A stretch of 64,000 bases of DNA. Source: Candidatus Omnitrophota bacterium (GTDB lineage Bacteria; Omnitrophota; Gorgyraeia; Duberdicusellales; Duberdicusellaceae). Location: the NCBI GenBank assembly GCA_016932855.1, contig JAFGCB010000014.1:6496-70495 (forward strand), written 5' to 3'. The notes below the pieces were generated by a model that did not search any database, was not told the origin of the DNA, and saw only the letters and a list, made by a program, of their open reading frames with translations. Position 1 is the first letter of the stretch. Every line of letters starts with the position of its first letter. Below are positions 57,937-64,000 of this stretch, one piece after another. The translations under genes were made by a program, and so were the position numbers.

Positions 57937-58344
57937 TTATTCGTCCTTGTTAAAGACTTTTACCATTTTTATCTGGCTGCCCCCATCAGAAAATTCAACC
58001 TCATCCATGAGATTTTTTATTAAGAATATGCCTCTGCCTGAGGTTTTTTCAAGATTTTCCACTTTGGTCGGATCAAGAACATTATCAAAATCAAAACCTT
58101 GACCTTTATCCTTGACTATGATAATCAACTTATCGCCCTGGGATTCCACGACAACATCTACAAATAACTGGGGGTCCATTTTATTGCCGTACTTAATGGC
58201 GTTAACCAAGGCCTCCTCCAGAGACAGCCTTATATTGAAAAATTGTTCGCTAGATATGCCTAAAGGCTTGATTTTCTCGGCAAGGGAAGATATAAATTCG
58301 GGTATTATCTCTAGTCTCGAAGGTACTTTTTCTGAAATATTCAT
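57937..58344 (-). CDS. Anti-sigma regulatory factor, RsbW/SpoIIAB-like Ser/Thr kinase (HATPase_c)
   Basis: EALVNAIKYGN (N-box), DKGQGFD, SGRGIFLIKNLMDEV (G-boxes). Confidence 0.6.
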   Translation of the reverse strand: MNISEKVPSRLEIIPEFISSLAEKIKPLGISSEQFFNIRLSLEEALVNAIKYGNKMDPQLFVDVVVESQGDKLIIIVKDKGQGFDFDNVLDPTKVENLEKTSGRGIFLIKNLMDEVEFSDGGSQIKMVKVFNKDE

Positions 58345-58451
58345 AATATAAAAGTTAAAGTTGTTTGTAAAATTATATCCTAGAATCTTAAATTTCCAAC
58401 TTTTTTCTTAAAGCTCCTGAGAGCCTCTATTAAAAAAGATAAGCTTTTTTA

Positions 58452-61400
58452 TTACTGGGAAAAATAGCCCCCTGAAAGCTTCTTTAATTTTTCCATCGTT
58501 GTCTTAATCACCTCTTTTAAGTATTCGATCTCTTTATCTTTATCGGCTATATCCTCAAGGAGCTTATCTACCTGCCTGCCGTCGTAAGGAGATTTTAAGC
58601 CGGCTCTTTCTTTTAGCACCTTGATCTCAGCGTCTTTGCTTCGAAGTTCTTGGCTGGTTTCAGTCAATCTCTGCTGAAGGGATTTAAGCTCTTTCGTCAA
58701 AAGAACGACTTCCTGGTTTAAGCGGTCTATCTCCTTATCAGCGCCGGCTGAAGTAATCACTTGATCCGCGGGTTGTTGCGAAAGCGAAGCCTCAACATCT
58801 TTAAGTTTTGCATCTTTAAGCCTTAAATCGTTCTTCAAGGAATTGATCTCTTGGGTTAAAAAATTAATTTTCTCAGAAGCTTGAGAAAGCTCAAGCGCAA
58901 GTTCTTTTTCCTTACGGAAAGAATCTCTTATTCTTGAGCTTAAAACCTGTTTCTCGTCAAGAAGAAGAGATTTACTCTTCTGGTATTCACTCACGCTTGC
59001 CTTGCTTATGGCCATTTCGTCTTTAAAAGCGGTATTCTCTTTAAGAATCGCATCCATTTGGCCTTTAAGTTCCTCAAGAGCCTCATCTTTAGACTCTAGA
59101 TTTTTCCTTAATCTTATGCTTTCTTCCAAAAAGGCAGCACTATCTTTCTGCTGTTTTGCAAGCTCATTGTCTTTAGCCTTTATTTGGCTGCGCAGAATGG
59201 CTATCTGCTCCTGGGCTTTAGAAAGGCTTGATGCTAAATTTTCTTCTTTATCTAAAAAAGCCTGCATCTTAGAATTAAGCGCTTTTTTTTCTTCGTCGAA
59301 TCCCTCCAGCTCTTTAATCTTTTTTTCCTTCTGGGCCAGCCTATTATCAAGAGAAAAAATAGTCTTATTAAGAGAGGCTATTTTCATGTTTGCCTCGTCA
59401 AGTTTTAGAACGGCGTCTTTGTTGTCCTGGGAGAAACTACTGAGCTTGGAAATAAGGCTTTCCTTTTCTTTAAGGATTCTTTCTTTGTTTTTTAACTCTT
59501 CCTGAAAAGCCCTATCCTTGGATTCCAACTCTTCTTTAAGAGAGGCTACGTCTTTATTTAAAGAGGCGGTTTGCTGGGTCGCCTGCTTAAGCTGAGAAAC
59601 AAAAAGGTCTCTTTCGGAAAGAAGCTTGGCCTGTTCTTTAAGCTTCTTTTCTTTAGCCTCAAGATCCCTCTTTAAAGACTCGCGTTCTTGCTCTATCTGT
59701 TTCATCTCCTCAATAAACTTGTCTCTTTCTTTAGAAAACTTGACATACTTACGCAGCTGGCTGTCTTTTTCCTGTATTTCTTTACTCAGAGATTTCTGCT
59801 CTTTAAGCATTTTTTCCTCTTTGCCGGAAATTTCTTTCCTTAAGGAGCTTAAACCGTCGCTTAATCGTAAAACCTCATCCTGTTTTTCTTTAAGCTGTAA
59901 AGCCAGCTGCTCGCTGCTCTTGGAGCTTTCTTCTAATCGGGATTTTAGCGACGCTATTTCTTCCGAAAGGCCGCGTCTATCTTTTGTCTCTTTCAACAAA
60001 AGGTCTTGCACTTCTTTTAGCTTCTTATCTTTTTGGGAAATATCGCTGTTAAGTGCGTTTAACTTGCCGGTTGAATCTTCAAGCTTTAAAGTAAGCTCCT
60101 TTTCCTTTCCGGAGAAACTTTCAAGCTGCTCTTTAAGCCGCGAGGAAAGTGAGGTATTTTCTTTAAGTAGCTTTCCGGCCTGCCCGAGCTCCTCTTCTTT
60201 AGCCTTAACTATATCCTGTATTTCTTTAAGTCTTTCTTCTTGAGTTTTAAGCCTTTTCTTTAAAAGGTCGATTTCCTTGTCGCGAGCCGCTATTTCTTGA
60301 TCAGCCCGGCCATACTTTTCAAAAGAATCTTTCTCTTTAGCAGAAGCCTTCAAAAGATCTTCTTCAAGCTTTGCTATCCTTAAATCTTTATCTTTAGCCA
60401 GGTTTTCCAGCGCCTTAAGCTGCTGGTCTTTATCTTTAATCTCGCCGCCCAACGAAACCATCCCTTGCTTTGCCTGGTCAAGCTTCGAAACTAATTCCTT
60501 TTCTTTCCGGGAAGACTCTATAAGATGACCCTTAACTTCTGAAGATAAAGCCTTTTCTTCTTCGAGAGCCTCTTTTGCTTCTTTAAGCTGACTGTCTTTT
60601 ATTTGGATATCGTTTTTAAGAGAGGTTAACTCTTTGCTTAGCGAACCTACCTTTTGATTAACCTCAACTAGCTTTTCTTCAAGCTGTTTAAGGAGTCCTT
60701 CTTTCTCTTCAAGAATACCCGGGGCTTCTTTTAATTGCTCTTCTTTTAAAGCAAGGTCTTTCTTTAAAAAGACAATTTCATCCTCAAGAGAGGCTATTTT
60801 CTTGCCTTGCTGTTCAACTTGAGAAGATAACTCCTTTTCTTTCCGGGAGCTTTCGATAAGGCGCTGCTTGACTAAATCAGCAAGCTCCTGCTCTTCGGCA
60901 AGGGTTTGCTTTGCCTCTTTAAGCTGAGCTTCCTTAATATTAAGATCGTTAGTTAAAGAAGCTACCTTCATGCTTAAGGCATCGATATCTTGGTTTACCT
61001 GGTTAAGCTTTAAAGATAACTCCTTTTCTTTCCGGGAGCTTTCGATAAAATCTCCTTTGATTTTAGTCGCGCGGAACTTTTCGTCCTCAATAGCCTGGGC
61101 TGCTTCTTTAAGCTGGGAGTCTCTTATTTGGAAAGACTTACGTAAAGAAGCGAGGTCCTGACTTAAAGAATTTATTTTCTTAGTGGCCTGGGCAAACTCT
61201 AAACTAAGACCTTTTTCTCTGCTCGAGGAAAGCTCGAAGTCTTCTTTAAGTTTGTTTAAATTTAAGTCTTTTTCCTGAATAAGCTCTTGGGCCTTGCTTA
61301 ATTGCCCTTCTTTGATTTTAAGACTAGTGCTCAATGAAGCGATATCGTCATTAAGGGATTTAATCCTGGCCATACTTTGACTTAGCTGAACCTGCAAATC

Positions 61401-62111
61401 TTTTACCTCCTGAACAGAAGAAGCTAAATCAGCCTTTCGTTGGTCAGCGATGGTTTGTTTGGCGCTAAGAAGTTTTTGAGAATCCAGGAGTTGTTCCTGC
61501 TTTTCCTCTAATTCCTTTTTTAAAAACTTAAAATCGGCGTCAAGAGAGGCTATTTCCCGGGCTTGTTCTTTGAGTTTAATCTTAAGCTCGCCATCTTCCT
61601 GAGAAAGATCAGCTAGCTGGGAAATAAGACGGTCCTTGTCTTTCTGGATCCTGGCTTTTTCATTAAGCTCTCTTTTAAGCAGCTCGTCTTTTGTTTCGCT
61701 CTCCTTTTTAAAAAAAACAAGGTTCTTCTCCAGAAGCTCTATCTCCTTCTTCAAAAGGATAATCTCTTTATTAGTTTCAACAAGCTTGTAGATAAGGTCT
61801 CTTTCTTTCTGAAGGGAAACCTTAAGCCTTTCCTGCAGCTGGGTTACGAATTCGTCCTTTTCTTTTAACTGCCTTATCCTTGTTACAATCTCGTCAGCTT
61901 CCTGCTTGACCCTTCGCAGATCCTCTTCAAAGGAATCAACGCCTTCTAATTCCCCGGCAAGCTCTTCCTCTGGATTATTTAATTCGTTTTCAGGGTCCTG
62001 GGCTGGTAAGATGGGGACAAAAAAGAAAATAACAAAAAGGAAGGCTAAAAGAAAACTTACTCTTCTAAATTTTGCCTCTGCTCTCATTTCCTTAACGAAG
62101 ATTATACACAA
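58452..62111 (-). CDS. Giant (1219 aa) signal-peptide/TM-anchored coiled-coil protein with tandem about 60-65-aa repeats
   Basis: N-terminal hydrophobic segment FLLAFLFVIFFFVPILPA, then continuous heptad coiled coil. Repeated ESSRKEKELS...QLKEA modules. The DNA shows about 190-nt periodic repeats. Confidence 0.7.
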   Translation of the reverse strand: MCIIFVKEMRAEAKFRRVSFLLAFLFVIFFFVPILPAQDPENELNNPEEELAGELEGVDSFEEDLRRVKQEADEIVTRIRQLKEKDEFVTQLQERLKVSLQKERDLIYKLVETNKEIILLKKEIELLEKNLVFFKKESETKDELLKRELNEKARIQKDKDRLISQLADLSQEDGELKIKLKEQAREIASLDADFKFLKKELEEKQEQLLDSQKLLSAKQTIADQRKADLASSVQEVKDLQVQLSQSMARIKSLNDDIASLSTSLKIKEGQLSKAQELIQEKDLNLNKLKEDFELSSSREKGLSLEFAQATKKINSLSQDLASLRKSFQIRDSQLKEAAQAIEDEKFRATKIKGDFIESSRKEKELSLKLNQVNQDIDALSMKVASLTNDLNIKEAQLKEAKQTLAEEQELADLVKQRLIESSRKEKELSSQVEQQGKKIASLEDEIVFLKKDLALKEEQLKEAPGILEEKEGLLKQLEEKLVEVNQKVGSLSKELTSLKNDIQIKDSQLKEAKEALEEEKALSSEVKGHLIESSRKEKELVSKLDQAKQGMVSLGGEIKDKDQQLKALENLAKDKDLRIAKLEEDLLKASAKEKDSFEKYGRADQEIAARDKEIDLLKKRLKTQEERLKEIQDIVKAKEEELGQAGKLLKENTSLSSRLKEQLESFSGKEKELTLKLEDSTGKLNALNSDISQKDKKLKEVQDLLLKETKDRRGLSEEIASLKSRLEESSKSSEQLALQLKEKQDEVLRLSDGLSSLRKEISGKEEKMLKEQKSLSKEIQEKDSQLRKYVKFSKERDKFIEEMKQIEQERESLKRDLEAKEKKLKEQAKLLSERDLFVSQLKQATQQTASLNKDVASLKEELESKDRAFQEELKNKERILKEKESLISKLSSFSQDNKDAVLKLDEANMKIASLNKTIFSLDNRLAQKEKKIKELEGFDEEKKALNSKMQAFLDKEENLASSLSKAQEQIAILRSQIKAKDNELAKQQKDSAAFLEESIRLRKNLESKDEALEELKGQMDAILKENTAFKDEMAISKASVSEYQKSKSLLLDEKQVLSSRIRDSFRKEKELALELSQASEKINFLTQEINSLKNDLRLKDAKLKDVEASLSQQPADQVITSAGADKEIDRLNQEVVLLTKELKSLQQRLTETSQELRSKDAEIKVLKERAGLKSPYDGRQVDKLLEDIADKDKEIEYLKEVIKTTMEKLKKLSGGYFSQ

Positions 62112-62186
62112 TCTTACAAGTATATCAAATAATTATTGTAAACTTGGCACTACCGCAATACCCCTCGCAAGACTTAAAGAAAGCGC

Positions 62187-62738
62187 TTAATCAGCCCAAA
62201 AATGATACCTTTGACCTAGCTGTACATCTATTGTCACGTGCTTATCCGGAGCAAGCCTTAAGGCCTCGTGAATGGGACGATCAAAGGTATAGAGCTCTAC
62301 GTGCTTGCCATACTGCTCTTTTATCTCGGTAATAACCTCGGCAAAGTCTGAATCGCCTGAAACAAGCGCTGCTGTGTCGTATTGATTGGTCACTGCTTTA
62401 GAGAACATATCCAAAGCAATCTTAACATCAAGCCCTTTCTGAATCCACTCATTATTAAAACGCACAAGTCTTCCGAGTTTAACCTCGAAATAAGGAATAT
62501 TTAGCTTCAAATCCTTGAAATACTCCTGCTGTTCTTGATAAGTATGAGGATTCTCCTCCTTGCTGAATTCTGCGGAATAATAATAGCAGCGGATTAGATT
62601 CCGCCTTCCTACTATCCATTTTAAAATATTCCTCCACTCGATATCCCTTCTTCTGATGGCTTTTCTTCGCCGCGTACCCAAAGCCTTCATTTTCTGAACC
62701 ACGTATTCAGCATCAATAAATACCATTATCCGGTTCAT
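62187..62738 (-). CDS. NYN/LabA-like (PIN-fold) domain protein
   Basis: MVFIDAEYV ... [13 protein letters not shown] is the NYN family acidic signature. Confidence 0.55.
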   Translation of the reverse strand: MNRIMVFIDAEYVVQKMKALGTRRRKAIRRRDIEWRNILKWIVGRRNLIRCYYYSAEFSKEENPHTYQEQQEYFKDLKLNIPYFEVKLGRLVRFNNEWIQKGLDVKIALDMFSKAVTNQYDTAALVSGDSDFAEVITEIKEQYGKHVELYTFDRPIHEALRLAPDKHVTIDVQLGQRYHFWAD

Positions 62739-63319
62739 TTTTCTTTCCTTTCTATATTATTAGCGGTGTTCCTAATTATATTAGTTATTATACCATCACT
62801 ATTAGAAAATTTAAGTTTTAAATAAGAAAAAAATCTTTTGTGAAAAATAGCATTTTATGCAGAAAAAGCTGCTTGAAAATTAAATATATAATTTTTGGCC
62901 GGTATTAGACCGGAATATATTGAACCTTTTCTTGCGGGTAAACCGGGCTTTGGTATAAATAATCCATCCCTGCAGAGATTTAAGGCTGAATTTAAGCGGA
63001 TAGATAAAGGTAATTACTTATGAGGCGGCTTAGACAAACCGGAAATAGTGGGCAAACAGGGGAAATTATCCCCGGGGATATTAGAAGAATCTTCTTTTTT
63101 ACCGATAACAAAAAAAATGCTGGCAGCCGCAAAAAGAGGAAAATCACCTATAATCTTAAATAAAAAAGAAAACAAATCTGTTTTTTCCATATCCTCCCCT
63201 TTTTGATCCCTTTAAGTATAACATCTTTGGAATATTTTTTTCAATGGTAAGGTTTTAAAAATATAGGCTTATCGACTAAGAAAGAAAGAAAGAAAGCTAA
63301 TTAAATCTCGGAAGGTTAT

Positions 63320-63748
63320 TTAATAAAAATTCCGGTCTACCCAGTCCCGAAGCGAAGTTATTGTCCCTTCGACTGCCGGTATATTTGATATCTGCCGCAA
63401 CAACAGATCAAACAAGACTGCTAAAAAGGCAACGGCAACTATAAGAATAATTGTCATTATCGAGGATACTACAGAAAATCTTAAGACTTCCTGCAAATAA
63501 GTCTTCCAGGGTTTTACAATCATATCCCTGCCCCTGACAAGCATTGTAGCAATTATAAACACAAAATTAAGCCCGAGAAATACCGGCGAAAGAAGCCTGA
63601 GGGCTTCGATAAACAGGGAAAGAATGATGGGAAATTTTTCATAATAAATTGCCGCTATCAACAATAAAAATTCAAGAATAAATAAGCCCGAAAGGATATA
63701 GATAGTAATTACTTCTTTCCGGTTTAATTTAATTTTGAATTCAGCCAT
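63320..63748 (-). CDS. Small integral membrane protein, unknown function
   Basis: 142 aa with 3-4 TM helices. Confidence 0.35.
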   Translation of the reverse strand: MAEFKIKLNRKEVITIYILSGLFILEFLLLIAAIYYEKFPIILSLFIEALRLLSPVFLGLNFVFIIATMLVRGRDMIVKPWKTYLQEVLRFSVVSSIMTIILIVAVAFLAVLFDLLLRQISNIPAVEGTITSLRDWVDRNFY

Positions 63749-64000
63749 GTTTTTTCAATGCTAAAAAGAAGCTTTTTATTATTAAGCCTGCTTTTTTAAT
63801 ATTTTACTCCTGGAAAAAGAAATCCCAAACAAAATCTGTTTGGGATTATTCTTGTGCTCTTTTAAAAAAAATTCTAAAAAAGATTATTTTATTGGATAAA
63901 AATCCGGATAAGACGGATTAAAAGGCTGTCTATAAGATAAGGGTCTTAATTACCAGAGATTTTCGCGGAATTTTTTATCCAGGGCCATAAACCAATCAAA

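Noticed and set aside
59002-60243. Plus-strand ORFs 59002-59505 and 59626-60243 (Ser/Leu-rich)
   Set aside because: Antisense to the giant coiled-coil gene. Ser/Leu/Phe richness is the expected mirror of a Glu/Lys/Leu-rich coding strand.
63280-63297. (GAAA)4-5 simple repeat
   Set aside because: Short intergenic microsatellite downstream of a small membrane-protein gene. No associated feature. Likely incidental in an AT-rich genome.
62739-63319. 580-bp gene-free stretch upstream of the NYN gene with a possible 48-codon plus-strand ORF (MRRLRQTGNSGQTGEIIPGDIRRIFFFTDNKKNAGSRKKRKITYNLK)
   Set aside because: No convincing RBS, low complexity, no flanking conservation evidence. It could instead be promoter/ncRNA space. 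Not supportable as a feature.
1-64000. Exosortase (XrtA/EpsH) and PEP-CTERM substrate proteins
   Set aside because: Several PEP-CTERM-locus-like components are present (ExeA-like ATPase, Wzc, O-antigen-ligase-like, SurA-like lipoprotein). I could not identify an exosortase-like polytopic protein or any ORF ending in a PEP-TM-basic tail. The PEP-CTERM assignment therefore stays only a comparison.
1-64000. CRISPR arrays, tRNA/rRNA genes, transposases/integrases
   Set aside because: No regularly spaced direct repeats, no recognisable tRNA T-arm/anticodon structures, and no DDE transposase or tyrosine recombinase motifs were seen by eye. They may still be missed without covariance-model tools.

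Overview
The window is AT-rich (about 40% GC) and densely packed. Almost every gene is on the minus strand. It looks like a cell-envelope/polysaccharide accessory region from an uncultivated bacterium; the lineage cannot be assigned from sequence alone.

- **1-17.5 kb: surface polysaccharide locus.** It holds four GT4 glycosyltransferases, four SAM-dependent methyltransferases (two with Zn-ribbon N-termini), a fused methyltransferase + kinase-like protein resembling the O-antigen chain terminator WbdD, a Wzx-like flippase, a GT-C membrane glycosyltransferase, an O-antigen-ligase/Wzy_C-like protein, a Wzc-type tyrosine autokinase, and a divergently transcribed ABC-2 (Wzm/Wzt-like) exporter.
- **17.5-22.1 kb: RiPP-like island.** PqqD-family protein, radical SAM/SPASM enzyme, an unannotated 54-codon ORF with a strong Shine-Dalgarno, an HprK-related P-loop kinase, an S24-peptidase-like/GNAT fusion, and a PF14907-type nucleotidyltransferase.
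- **22-36 kb: outer-membrane export region.** A Wza-like export protein, a membrane-anchored coiled-coil protein, an HD-GYP protein, and a tandemly duplicated [secretin + TM/coiled-coil/TPR] module flanked by two ExeA/GspA-like AAA ATPases, a GspC/PilP-like protein and a lipoprotein. No pilins or GspE/PilB ATPases are present.
- **38.7-49.7 kb: trehalose/alpha-glucoside island.** A TreT-like trehalose synthase, two GH65 phosphorylases, two beta-phosphoglucomutases (one fused to a trehalose-6-P phosphatase), an extra GT4 and an MscS-like channel.
- **49.8-64 kb:** endonuclease III, thioredoxin reductase, a CHASE2-PP2C phosphatase with STAS and RsbW-like partner-switch proteins wrapped around an MlaFED(B) phospholipid-transport operon, a 1219-aa secreted coiled-coil protein with internal tandem repeats, and a NYN-domain protein.
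- **Non-coding signals.** A family of GC-rich structured leader elements with a shared ~20-bp motif, heptanucleotide repeats inside a glycosyltransferase gene, a ~130-bp imperfect palindrome, and several repeat-type operator candidates.

All calls come from motif recognition by eye; no searches were run.
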